Positions 20,220 to 29,633 of a stretch of DNA of 64,000 bases are shown piece after piece (position 1 is the first letter of the stretch; every line of letters begins with the position of its first letter). Origin of the DNA: Myxococcota bacterium. Lineage in GTDB: Bacteria > Myxococcota_A > UBA9160 > UBA4427. The notes under the pieces are model-generated. The model ran no database searches, was not told where the DNA came from, and saw only the letters and a list, made by a program, of their open reading frames with translations. A program made the translations under genes and the position numbers. The DNA lies in assembly GCA_965250285.1 (NCBI GenBank), contig OZ252299.1, forward strand, positions 3,648,001 through 3,712,000. Direction: 5' to 3'.

Positions 20220-20247
20220 AAGGGCGATCGCAGGACTCGCGCCTGAG

Positions 20248-21171
20248 TCACCGACCCCGTGCGCCGAATCTCGGCTCGGGCAGCCCGCGAACACCGAGGC
20301 CGTGCACGGCGAACACGCTCCCGGGCTTCGGGTGTCGCGCCAGCTCTTCGGCCGTGAGGAACGACTGCTGTGAGGTGACGAAGAGCGTCTCGTAGTCGTC
20401 GCCCCCGAACGCGATGCACGTGGGGCTGCGCACCGGCATGTCGATCTCGCGGTCGAGCCGGCCGTTCGGATCGACGCGCAGGATCTTGCCGCCCAGGTTG
20501 AGGGCGAACCAGTAGTACCCCTCGGCGTCGACCGTGGCGCCGTCGACGATCGCGGGCTTTCGGTCGGCGAGCGAGAAGAAGGGGCGGCGGTTGTGGATCC
20601 GTCCCTCTTCGATGTCGAAGTCGAAGACGTAGATCATCCCACCGAAGGTGTCGCCGAAGTACATGCGTGTGTCTTCGGGGTCGAACGCGATGCCGTTGCT
20701 CACGATGAAGTGAAAGTCGGGGGCGACCTCGCGACACGTGAGGTCGGGCTCGAGGCAGTAGAGCCGCGACGCCTCATCGGTGAACGTCGGCTCCATGCTG
20801 CCGCACCAGAAGCGCCCGCGGCGATCGACCTTTCCATCGTTGAGTCGGTTGCCCGGCTTGTCCGGCTCGGGATCGAACACGGGGGCGAGCGCGCCCGTCT
20901 CGAGATCGATCGTGCAGAAGCCGCTGTTCGCCGCACCGACGAGACCGCCGCCTTCGCGAAGCCCGATGGATCCGACCTGCTCGGGCATCTCCCAGACCCG
21001 CCGCTCACCCGTCGCGACGTTCAGGCGACGAACCGAAGGCCGCCGCGTCTCGCCCGGCTCGATCCGCGGCTCGACGTGATCCGCCCAGTAGAGCGCCGAC
21101 TCGTCGGGCGACCAGATCGGGGTCTCGCCGAGCCCGTCGTCGCACTCCCAGAGACATTCGACTTCGACCAT
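20248..21171 (-). CDS. SMP-30/gluconolactonase/LRE family protein
   Basis: LGETPIW, NRLNDGKVDRRGRFWCGSM, SNGIAF, DGATVDAEG, PTCIAFGG...LFVTS. Confidence 0.92.
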   Translation of the reverse strand: MVEVECLWECDDGLGETPIWSPDESALYWADHVEPRIEPGETRRPSVRRLNVATGERRVWEMPEQVGSIGLREGGGLVGAANSGFCTIDLETGALAPVFDPEPDKPGNRLNDGKVDRRGRFWCGSMEPTFTDEASRLYCLEPDLTCREVAPDFHFIVSNGIAFDPEDTRMYFGDTFGGMIYVFDFDIEEGRIHNRRPFFSLADRKPAIVDGATVDAEGYYWFALNLGGKILRVDPNGRLDREIDMPVRSPTCIAFGGDDYETLFVTSQQSFLTAEELARHPKPGSVFAVHGLGVRGLPEPRFGARGR

Positions 21172-21405
21172 GCTCAGAACCCCAGCGGCGCGTGCGCCCG
21201 GCTTCACGGCATCTCGCCGCAGCCCGGGTGGCGCCGAGGGCGAAGATAGACCTTCGTCGCCGGTTCACTCCGAACGCGTCGCAGTGTGTGACACGAAAAC
21301 CGACGGCGTCGCGCCGTCGACCGACGAGGCCGCGCGCGCCGCGGTGCGATCCGATCGGCCAATGCCCTTCAGGCGGACGCGCACCAGTGAGATACGCTTA
21401 CCGGC

Positions 21406-22122
21406 ATGGACGAGCTCAAGCCCGAGGCGAGGCAGTTTCTGACGCACACGCTTCGCGGATTTCTGGGTCTGGCGCGCGATGCCGGCGACTACGAGAGCCT
21501 CGTCGAAGTGGTCCAGGGCTCGCGGCTCCCCGAGCTCTTCGAAGCGCACGAGCGCTTCGCGATGGCCGACCCCGACGTGGCTGCCCTCGTGCGCAAACGC
21601 TACACACCGCCGCCCTACGACATGGACCGGCTGCTCGCGATGCCCGCGGGCTCGCTCGGGCACGAGTACGCGAACTTCCTGGTCTCGCAGGGGTTGTCGG
21701 CCGACAAGATCATCGACGATTTCGACGCGCAGCCGTCGTGGGAGCATGACGTCGACTACCTGTGGTCGCGCCGCTTTCGTACGCACGACATCCACCACCT
21801 GCTCGCGAACTTCGATACGAGCATGGCCGGCGAGATCGGCGTCGCCGCGATCTACTACGTTCAGCTTCGCAATCCGGTCGGTCCGGTCGCCCTCGCGGGC
21901 GTGCTCTCGCACGCGATCCTCGAGCCCGAATGGCTCGAGCCCATCGCCCAGGCGGCCGCCCATGGCTACCGGGTCGGCCGCGACGCCCGCAACCTCTTTG
22001 CGTTCAAGTACGAAGAGGGCTGGGAGCGCCCGATCGACGAGTGGCGCGCCGAGATCGGCATCGAGGTGCCGCCCGACATCTCGACCCATGCCCTCGAGCA
22101 GGCCTGGCACGCATCGCACTGA
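21406..22122 (+). CDS. Coq4 family protein (second paralog)
   Basis: LLAMPAGSLGHEY, THDIHHLLANFDTSMAGEIG. Confidence 0.8.
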   Translation: MDELKPEARQFLTHTLRGFLGLARDAGDYESLVEVVQGSRLPELFEAHERFAMADPDVAALVRKRYTPPPYDMDRLLAMPAGSLGHEYANFLVSQGLSADKIIDDFDAQPSWEHDVDYLWSRRFRTHDIHHLLANFDTSMAGEIGVAAIYYVQLRNPVGPVALAGVLSHAILEPEWLEPIAQAAAHGYRVGRDARNLFAFKYEEGWERPIDEWRAEIGIEVPPDISTHALEQAWHASH

Positions 22123-22247
22123 AAATCGGGACAGGCCGTGCCGTACATCGCGCGGGCCGACCCCTCGGCGACGCGCTGATTGCCGCACAGGCGCGACGAT
22201 TCTCGTTGTCCCCGTTAGACTCCGCGGCCCACCGCGAGGAGCAGAGC

Positions 22248-22778
22248 ATGAGTTCGGACGGAAACGGCGCATCGAACCACCCCGGCGACCGAGAGATCGG
22301 CGGTGGCGACGCCGCGACTTTTCAGACCGCCGGCGAGATCCTGCTCGAGATGAGTGCTTTTCAGCACCAGCTGGGCACCCTCTTCGGCGAGTTCCTCGAC
22401 CGGACGAACAGTGCTCGACTCGAGATGCTGCTGAACCTCGTCGCAAAGCGGGCGCATGCATGCGAGCGCGATCTCGCCGAATACGTGGCGGGCATGCCGG
22501 CGGATCTGAAAGAGACCCGTGTCCAGTCGCACATGCACCACACGCCGAAGTCGCTTCTCGGCGACCTGTGCGACGTCGAGCAGCCGACCTCGGACGACGT
22601 CACGCGGGTGGGCCTCGAATCGGATCAGTACTTCGAGGATGTCTTTCGCGAGCTGATCGGCATCGCCGATGCGAACGGCACCGAGCGGCTGAAAGACGTG
22701 TTCGAGAACCTGTGGCAGCTCGAGCTCGAGGCGCGCAAGAGCTTCGTGCGCCAGGTCAACGCGCTGCAGGACATCTGA
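22248..22778 (+). CDS. Hypothetical all-helical protein (possibly ferritin-like)
   Basis: GAGGAG RBS, ATG 22248, amphipathic helices. Confidence 0.6.
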   Translation: MSSDGNGASNHPGDREIGGGDAATFQTAGEILLEMSAFQHQLGTLFGEFLDRTNSARLEMLLNLVAKRAHACERDLAEYVAGMPADLKETRVQSHMHHTPKSLLGDLCDVEQPTSDDVTRVGLESDQYFEDVFRELIGIADANGTERLKDVFENLWQLELEARKSFVRQVNALQDI

Positions 22779-22791
22779 GCCCGCCCGCCGC

Positions 22792-23376
22792 CTACGCGGC
22801 CAGCAGTGCGTGCACCGAAGCGCTGAGGCTGCGGGTTGCGGCCGCCACCGAGAGCCGCTCGTGTCGTCGCAGCTCGTCCCAGTGACTGAACGAGATCACC
22901 GCCCTCAGCGCGGCGACACGCTCCCGGCGCTCGCGATCGCCGAGCGGCGCGAGCTCGTCGACGAACATCCGCCGCACGGCCCGCCGAATCTCTCTGCGCT
23001 GCCAGTCATAGCGGTCGCGCACCGTATCGGAGAAAGGCTCGATCAGCAGAGCGGCGCGGCGCACCGGCGCCGTCAGCTCGAAGGCGCGCGCCGCGCGGGC
23101 GACGAGTGAATCGACGCGCTCCGCGCGCGAGCCCTCGAACTCGAGCGGCGGCAGCTGCGTGACGATGCGCTCGCTCTGAAGCGCCGCGGCCTCTTCGATC
23201 AGGTGCTCGAGGCTCTCGAAATGTCGAAAGACCGCACGTGTGGAGACCCCTGCGCGCTCGGCGACGGCAGGCGCCGACGGGCGTAGCGTCCCGGCCTCGA
23301 TGCACTCGAGCATCGCCTGCGCCACTGCGGCGCGTGTCCGGTCGGAGCGCGCATGCCGCCCATCCGTTGTGGCCAT
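22792..23376 (-). CDS. TetR/AcrR family regulator
   Basis: DGR..RS.RTR, VAERAGVSTRAVFRHF HTH. Confidence 0.88.
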   Translation of the reverse strand: MATTDGRHARSDRTRAAVAQAMLECIEAGTLRPSAPAVAERAGVSTRAVFRHFESLEHLIEEAAALQSERIVTQLPPLEFEGSRAERVDSLVARAARAFELTAPVRRAALLIEPFSDTVRDRYDWQRREIRRAVRRMFVDELAPLGDRERRERVAALRAVISFSHWDELRRHERLSVAAATRSLSASVHALLAA

Positions 23377-23388
23377 CGCGAATCTCTC

Positions 23389-23413
23389 CTATTGTCACCT
23401 GAAGTGACGATAG
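23389..23413. promoter_or_regulatory. Probable TetR operator between divergent genes
   Basis: CTATTGTCAC-CTGAA-GTGACGATAG, 9/10 inverted repeat. Confidence 0.6.
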
Positions 23414-23498
23414 CAGGACCACCGACACGCGCTCGACGTTTCGAACGACATCGGGGCCTTGGCGACGCGACGCCGAGACGCTCCGGGAGACTCACCCC

Positions 23499-24578
23499 AT
23501 GAAGCGAATCCTCCTGATCACCGTCGGCCTCGTCGTCGTGCTGGGCCTCGGCGCCTACGCGATGCGCAAACCGCTCACGATGCGCGCCATCAGTCGCGTC
23601 GCCGAAGGCAACCTGGCGAGCAGCGTGATCGACGAGCTCCCCGACGGGCTGCATGTCGGCCTCTGCGGGGCCGGCTCTCCGCTGCCCGACCCCGAGCGTT
23701 CGGGGCCCTGCACAGCGGTGATCGCCGGCGACCAGCTCTTCATCGTCGACTCTGGATCGGGCTCGGCGCGCGTGCTCGGCCGCATGCGCATACCGCAGGG
23801 CGAGGTCGACGCCGTCTTCCTGACGCACTTCCACTCCGACCACATCGACGGGCTCGGTGAGCTGATGCTGCAGCGCTGGGCCAACGGCGGAACGACCGAG
23901 CCGGCGCCGCTTTATGGGCCATCGGGCGTCGAAGAGGTCGCGCGTGGCTTCGACGTCGCCTACCAGCAGGACTATGGCTACCGCGTCGCCCACCACGGCG
24001 ACGACGTCGTGCCCCGAAGCGGCGCCGGAGCGCGTGCCATGCCATTCGCCGTGCCACCGAACGGTGAAGGCGAGCTGCTGATCGACCGCGACGGCGTGAA
24101 GGTGACGGCGTTTCGCGTCGATCACGACCCCGTCGAACCCTCGGTCGGCTACCGCTTCGACTACGGCGACCGCTCGGTCGTCATCAGCGGCGACACGGCC
24201 AAGTCATCGAATCTCGAAGCGTTCGCGCGCGATACCGATCTGCTCGTGCACGAGGCGCTCGCGCCCCAGCTCGTCGCAGTGCTGACCGACGCCGCCCGGC
24301 GGGCCGGGAACGACCGGCTCGCCAAGATCACGGTCGACATTCTCGACTACCACACGACCCCGGTCGAAGCGGCCGAGTCGGCGCAGACCGCGGGCGCCCG
24401 CCACCTGCTCTTCAACCACATCGTGCCACCGCTGCTGCTGCCGCCCATGGTCGAGATCTTCACGGAGGGGGTCGACGACGCATACGATGGCCCGTTCACG
24501 GTGGGGAAGGACGGCACGCTCGTCTCGATGCCGGCGGGTTCGGACGAAATCGAGGTGTCGCTCAGCCGGGGGTTCTGA
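23499..24578 (+). CDS. MBL-fold metallohydrolase (RNase Z/AtsA-like) with N-terminal membrane anchor
   Basis: THFHSDHIDG, SGDT, LLVHEA, YHTT, NHIVP. Confidence 0.88.
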   Translation: MKRILLITVGLVVVLGLGAYAMRKPLTMRAISRVAEGNLASSVIDELPDGLHVGLCGAGSPLPDPERSGPCTAVIAGDQLFIVDSGSGSARVLGRMRIPQGEVDAVFLTHFHSDHIDGLGELMLQRWANGGTTEPAPLYGPSGVEEVARGFDVAYQQDYGYRVAHHGDDVVPRSGAGARAMPFAVPPNGEGELLIDRDGVKVTAFRVDHDPVEPSVGYRFDYGDRSVVISGDTAKSSNLEAFARDTDLLVHEALAPQLVAVLTDAARRAGNDRLAKITVDILDYHTTPVEAAESAQTAGARHLLFNHIVPPLLLPPMVEIFTEGVDDAYDGPFTVGKDGTLVSMPAGSDEIEVSLSRGF

Positions 24579-24719
24579 GGTGAATCGAACGGCGCGATAT
24601 CACGCAGGGGGCGATTCCCTGCTCTCGTTCGAGCCGACCCCCCGGATGCGACGCTAGACTCGGTTTGCCTTTCCTTTCGTCCGAGACCGCGACCCCGCGT
24701 CGCTCGAGGAGCCCCCACC

Positions 24720-25166
24720 ATGGCCGACTTCAGCGAGATTCCCTGGATCGCAGAGCACATCGCCCTCTACAAGAGCGACCCCGAGAAGGCCCATCACTGG
24801 GATTCGACGCCGCTCGGCGGGCCGGGCGTGTTGCCGACGCTGCTGCTCACGACGATCGGTCGCAAGTCGGGCGAGCCGCGCCCGCTGCCGCTCATCTACG
24901 GTGAGGCCGACGGCGCATACGTGATCATCGCGTCGAAGGGCGGCATGCCGAATCACCCCATCTGGTTTCTCAACCTCGAGGCGAACCCCGAGTGTGATCT
25001 GATGGTCGGACCGAAGCCCGTGAAGGCGCGTGCCCGCATCGCCGAGGGCGACGAGCGCGAGGCGCTCTGGAAGCAGATGGCCGAGATCTATCCGCCGTAC
25101 GACGACTATCAGAAGTCGGCCGGCGACCGCGTGATCCCGGTGGTCGTGCTCGACCCGATCGGTTGA
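24720..25166 (+). CDS. Deazaflavin (F420)-dependent nitroreductase family protein (DDN-like)
   Basis: LLLTTIGRKSG.PR..PL, IASKGG...HPIWFLNLEANP, YDDYQ...R.IPVVVL. Confidence 0.9.
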   Translation: MADFSEIPWIAEHIALYKSDPEKAHHWDSTPLGGPGVLPTLLLTTIGRKSGEPRPLPLIYGEADGAYVIIASKGGMPNHPIWFLNLEANPECDLMVGPKPVKARARIAEGDEREALWKQMAEIYPPYDDYQKSAGDRVIPVVVLDPIG

Positions 25167-25351
25167 CGCGCTCGCCGCACGTTGGCCTGCACCCGCGAGC
25201 GGGGTAGCCTTCTACTTCTTCGTCTTCGTCGAGCGCGCCCTGCCCTCGCCCTCACGCACCCGAGTCGAGTCATGCCGATTTCGCGACCGCATCTTTGAAT
25301 CGACCCGAGCGCCGGAGTCTCCGGCGCCGGAACGACGCGGTCGGCGTAGCA

Positions 25352-25383
25352 GGCTCCTGCTGCGGCCTCGCCGCGCAGGAGCC
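25352..25383 (+). promoter_or_regulatory. RBS-sequestering hairpin upstream of Fe-S/molybdoenzyme operon
   Basis: GGCTCCTGC-T-GCGGC-CTC-GCCGC-GCAGGAGCC: 14-bp stem containing AGGAG, 5 nt before TTG start. Confidence 0.5.
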
Positions 25384-25388
25384 CCCCA

Positions 25389-25901
25389 TTGGCCGCACGC
25401 CCGAAACCCGGTGAGGATCTCACCCGGCGCTTGCCCATCACCGCAGCGCCGAGCGAAGACGATGCATTCGTCGTCGATCTGCGCCGCTGCATCGGCTGTC
25501 ATGCCTGCAGCGTCGCCTGCAAGACGGCGCACGACGTGCCGCTCGGTGAGTTCGCGCTGCGCGTGCGCTGGCTGCCTCGCCCCGACGGCCAGACCTATGC
25601 CTTCGTGCCCGTGTTCAGCGAATCAATGTGCGGCGGCGACCCCGAGAGCCTCGCCGTCGGTCTCGATCCGGCCTGCGTGCGGGCCTGTCCGACCGATGCG
25701 CTGGTGTACGGCGCGGGCACCGACGCGCGCATCGAAGCGCTTCGAGCGCAACACGCACCGCAGCCGCTCGCCGGGCCCAGGGCCACCGACCTCAAGACGA
25801 ACGTGCACTACATCGGGCTGGCCGGCTTCGAGGGCGAGCACCTGAATCGAGGGGCGGCGCTCGACCCCGCCGACCCCGATCCGATCTACGAGCAGAGGTA
25901 G
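25389..25901 (+). CDS. Short DmsB/PsrB-like Fe-S electron-transfer subunit
   Basis: DLRRCIGCHACSVACK and PACVRACPTDALVYG; the two internal Cys groups are missing. Confidence 0.8.
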   Translation: MAARPKPGEDLTRRLPITAAPSEDDAFVVDLRRCIGCHACSVACKTAHDVPLGEFALRVRWLPRPDGQTYAFVPVFSESMCGGDPESLAVGLDPACVRACPTDALVYGAGTDARIEALRAQHAPQPLAGPRATDLKTNVHYIGLAGFEGEHLNRGAALDPADPDPIYEQR

Positions 25902-25906
25902 GCGCG

Positions 25907-28567
25907 ATGGGGCTCAAGCGACGCGAGTTCATTCGGCTCTCTGCGAGTGCAGCGGCCACGATCGCAGCGCCGGGATGGCTAGCGTGCGCCACCCACCGAC
26001 CTGCGGGCGACGCCGCCGCCCCGCCTCCGGTCCCGATCGACTACCGCCGAGCCGAAGCGAAGCCCACGATCTGCTTCGGCTGCACGACCCACTGCGGCGT
26101 GATCGGCTGGGTGCAGGACGGCCGCGTGCGGCTCATCGAAGGCAACCCGAACGATCCGAACAGCCAGGGCACGATCTGCAGCAAGGCGAATGGCCTCATC
26201 GAGGCGACCTACGACGAGGAGCGCCTGCTGTATCCGCTCCGGCGCATCGGCCCGCGTGGCTCGGGCGACTGGGAACGCATCTCGTGGGACGAGGCGCTCG
26301 ACACCGTGGCCACGAAGCTGCGCGCGCTGCGCGAGGCGGGCACGCCCGAGCAGTTCGTCTTTCACTACGGGCGCGACAAGACGAAGGGCTTCAGCAAGCG
26401 CTTCACGAACGCCTACGGCACACCGCACCGCCTGAACCGACGCTCGATCTGCAGCAGCAATCGGCGCGTGCCTCTGATGAGCTTCTACGGCCGCGAATTC
26501 GAGTGGGAGAGCCAGGACGTCGAGCACACGCAGCTCGTGATCAACTTCGGCGCCAACCCGATGGAGGCCCATCAGGGCGGCCAGTTCATGCGCAAGCGGT
26601 TGATGGATGCGCGCGTCGATCGCGGCGCCCGCCTCGTGACGTTCGACGTGCGTCCTTCGGCGACGGCCAGCGTCTCGGACGAGTATTTCGCCGTGGCGCC
26701 GGCGTCCGATGGCGCGATCGCGCTGGCGATGGCGCACGTGATCGTCGACGAAGGCCTCGGCGACGAAGCGTTCTGGCGACGCTGGGCCAACATGCCCTAC
26801 GAAGAGCTGGCGCCGATGCTCGCGCCCTACACGCCCGAGTTCGCCGAGGCCGAAAGCGGGGTCGCGGCCGACGACATCCGCCGCCTTGCCCGCGAGTTCG
26901 CAGGGGCCGCCCCGGCGTGCTGCACGCTGTCGAACCGTGGTTCGGCCAAGCACTACAACGGCGTGCAGGCCGATCGCGCGATTCGCATGCTCGACGTGCT
27001 CGTGGGCAACGTCGGCCGGCCCGGGGGCTTCTGTCTTTCGACGCTGCGCATGTGGAACAACCGGTACGGGCAGGAGGGGCTGCCGGTCATCGACCAGCCC
27101 GGGCCGAAGCCCAAGTCACCCGCGCCCTGGCGGCCCGGCACGCGCGAGTTCGAGACCCTGCCCGAAGACGTACAGGCACGCGTCGCCGCGTTCCCCGAAG
27201 CCTGGCAGGCGAAGTACTACGGCGAGCTGGCGACGCCGTCGGAATACCCCCTGTCGTGGCACTGGTATTCGATGCGGGTCGGCCAGATGGTCTACCCGTA
27301 CATCAAGGAAGGGAGGCAGAAGGTCGGCGCGTACATGTCGTACACGCTGGGCGCCGCCTACGGGTTCCCCGAGACCGACGTCGCGCGTGAGGTGCTCGAA
27401 GACGAATCGCTGATCCCCTTCCACGTGGCGATCGACATCAGCTACGGCGAGCAGACGGCGCTGGCCGACATCATCCTCCCCGACGCGACAGCGCTCGAGC
27501 GCTGGGATGCGCACTCGACCAACAGCTACGGGCTGCGCCCGTACACGGGCATCCGCCAGCCGCTCGTCGAGCCACGCGGCGAGGCGCGCTCGGCTCAGTG
27601 GATCTGGCAGCAGCTCGCCCAGCGGATCGGCGGCGGCATGGAGCAGTACTTCGCGTTCGACGACCTCGAAGACTTCTATCGCGAGTGGTACGCCGAGGTG
27701 CCGGTCGAGTGGAAGACGCTCAAACGCGACGGGATCTGGCAGGATCCGAACCGTCCCCTCGACTACGAGCTCTACGAGCGACCGCTCACCGAAGCCGAGC
27801 TCGAGGGCACGACGGTCGACTCCGAGACGGGGCTCGTCTATCGCGGCACAGGCAAAGCAAGCAGGAAGAAGCCGGTCGGCATCATGCGCGAGGGACAGGC
27901 GGTGCGCGGCTTCGATACGCCCACGCGCACGATCATGGTCGAAGACCCGGTCTTTCCCCTCGCGGCCGAGAAGACGGGGCTGCCGCTCGACGATCCGAAC
28001 GCGCAGTCGCGACCCCTCTACTTCAGGGTGCCCGAGCACGAGGGGCTCACCGACGACGAGTTCGTGTTCACCACGTTCAAGTGGAACGTGCATACGCAGG
28101 GGCGTTCGGCGAGCTGGGCCCAGGCCAGTGAGGTCGTCCACACGAATCATGCCTGGATGGCGCCCGAGACCGCGGCCCGGCTCGGCGTCGAGACGGGCGA
28201 CTGGGTCGACATCACCGTCGGCCGACCGAAGGGGCGCACGTATCGCTCCGGCGAGGCCGAGCCCGTCGGCACGCTGCGCAACCAGGTGCGCGTCGTACCG
28301 GGCCAGCATCCGCGGGTGATCTCGTGCTCACACCACGCGGGTCACTGGGAGCAGGGCACGACGGCGCGCGCAGCAACGGCGAGCGACCAGAAGGCCGCAC
28401 CGGCAGAGCCGCGCGCCGATCTGTGGTGGTCGCGAGAGCGAGGCGGCGTCGGCAACGGCCAGGCGCTCAACCACGTGCTGCCAATCAACCCGCAACCGCT
28501 GGTCGGCGGACAGAACTGGTTCGACAACGTCTGCTCGGTGCGGCGCGTCGATTCGGCGGAGAGCTAG
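25907..28567 (+). CDS. DMSO-reductase-family molybdopterin oxidoreductase catalytic subunit (Psr/Phs/Arr-like), Tat signal
   Basis: KRREFIR Tat motif, CFGCTTHC...C Fe-S motif, YPLRR, ISWDEALD, SICSS, ADIILPD...LER, C-terminal pterin-binding domain (VHTQGRS). Confidence 0.92.
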   Translation: MGLKRREFIRLSASAAATIAAPGWLACATHRPAGDAAAPPPVPIDYRRAEAKPTICFGCTTHCGVIGWVQDGRVRLIEGNPNDPNSQGTICSKANGLIEATYDEERLLYPLRRIGPRGSGDWERISWDEALDTVATKLRALREAGTPEQFVFHYGRDKTKGFSKRFTNAYGTPHRLNRRSICSSNRRVPLMSFYGREFEWESQDVEHTQLVINFGANPMEAHQGGQFMRKRLMDARVDRGARLVTFDVRPSATASVSDEYFAVAPASDGAIALAMAHVIVDEGLGDEAFWRRWANMPYEELAPMLAPYTPEFAEAESGVAADDIRRLAREFAGAAPACCTLSNRGSAKHYNGVQADRAIRMLDVLVGNVGRPGGFCLSTLRMWNNRYGQEGLPVIDQPGPKPKSPAPWRPGTREFETLPEDVQARVAAFPEAWQAKYYGELATPSEYPLSWHWYSMRVGQMVYPYIKEGRQKVGAYMSYTLGAAYGFPETDVAREVLEDESLIPFHVAIDISYGEQTALADIILPDATALERWDAHSTNSYGLRPYTGIRQPLVEPRGEARSAQWIWQQLAQRIGGGMEQYFAFDDLEDFYREWYAEVPVEWKTLKRDGIWQDPNRPLDYELYERPLTEAELEGTTVDSETGLVYRGTGKASRKKPVGIMREGQAVRGFDTPTRTIMVEDPVFPLAAEKTGLPLDDPNAQSRPLYFRVPEHEGLTDDEFVFTTFKWNVHTQGRSASWAQASEVVHTNHAWMAPETAARLGVETGDWVDITVGRPKGRTYRSGEAEPVGTLRNQVRVVPGQHPRVISCSHHAGHWEQGTTARAATASDQKAAPAEPRADLWWSRERGGVGNGQALNHVLPINPQPLVGGQNWFDNVCSVRRVDSAES

Positions 28568-28571
28568 GCAG

Positions 28572-29564
28572 ATGTCGAGCTGGATGCAGGGGATCCTGGC
28601 GATCGTGGTCGCGCTCATTGCGCCAGCGGCCCTGGCCGAAGAGACGCGCTCGATCGCGTTCCACTACGAGACGACGATCGGCCCGGTGCCGCTGGGTGCC
28701 GGGCCGGTCCACGTCTTCATCCCGCTCGCGCGCAACGACACCGACCAGCGCGTCGTCGCCGAAGCGATCGAGGCGTCGATCCCGGGCGGCATCGAGACCG
28801 AGGACGTCTACGGCAATCGCTTCTGGCACGGCCAGCTCGCCCGGTCGACGGGCGAGCCGATCACCGTCTCGGTCGAGACGACCGTCGAACGCGTCGTTCA
28901 GCGCAAGGCGCCCGTCGAATCGAGCGCGGGGCCGTCGGCGCAAGAGCGCGACGACCTGCGCCGGTATCTCACCTCGAACGAGCGCGTGATCGTGGGCCAC
29001 CCGATGCTCGACCCGATCCGGGCCGAGATTCGAAGCGCGGTCGGCGAGGGCAACAAGGCGGCCACCGCGCGCGGCATCTACGACTGGGTGGTCGAGAACG
29101 TCGAGTACAAGAAGGTCGGCGACGGCTGGGGCAACGGCGACATGTTCTGGGCGTGCAACGAGCGCCATGGCAACTGCACCGATTTCCACGCCCTCTTCAT
29201 CTCGCTCGCGCGCAGTGAAGGGATCCCGGCGCGCTTCGAGATCGGCTTTCCCGCGCCCGAGGGCGACGCCGCCGTCGCGATCGGTGGCTATCACTGCTGG
29301 GTCGAGTTCTACCTGCCCGAGACCGGCTGGTTTCCGATCGACGCCTCCGAGGCGGCCAAGCACCCCGAGCAGCGCGAGCTGCTCTACGGCACCCAGCCCG
29401 CCGACCGCATCCACTTCTCGACGGGCCGTGATCTTCGCCTGGGTCCCGACCACCGCGACGCGCCGCTCAACTACTTCGTGTATCCCCACGTCGAGGTCGA
29501 CGGTGCGCCGTGGCAGGGCGAGGTCGAGCATCGCTTCGTCTCTCGAGGGGGCGCCGAAAGCTGA
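28572..29564 (+). CDS. Exported transglutaminase-like protein
   Basis: Signal peptide; GNCTDFHALF..LAR..GIPAR, YHCWVEFY, GWFPIDAS triad. Confidence 0.88.
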   Translation: MSSWMQGILAIVVALIAPAALAEETRSIAFHYETTIGPVPLGAGPVHVFIPLARNDTDQRVVAEAIEASIPGGIETEDVYGNRFWHGQLARSTGEPITVSVETTVERVVQRKAPVESSAGPSAQERDDLRRYLTSNERVIVGHPMLDPIRAEIRSAVGEGNKAATARGIYDWVVENVEYKKVGDGWGNGDMFWACNERHGNCTDFHALFISLARSEGIPARFEIGFPAPEGDAAVAIGGYHCWVEFYLPETGWFPIDASEAAKHPEQRELLYGTQPADRIHFSTGRDLRLGPDHRDAPLNYFVYPHVEVDGAPWQGEVEHRFVSRGGAES

Positions 29565-29633
29565 AACGTTGAATCGCAGCGATGTCTCGATGCGCCGCGG
29601 CCCCTTCGATTCATCGCGGCGCGAGTCACGGCG

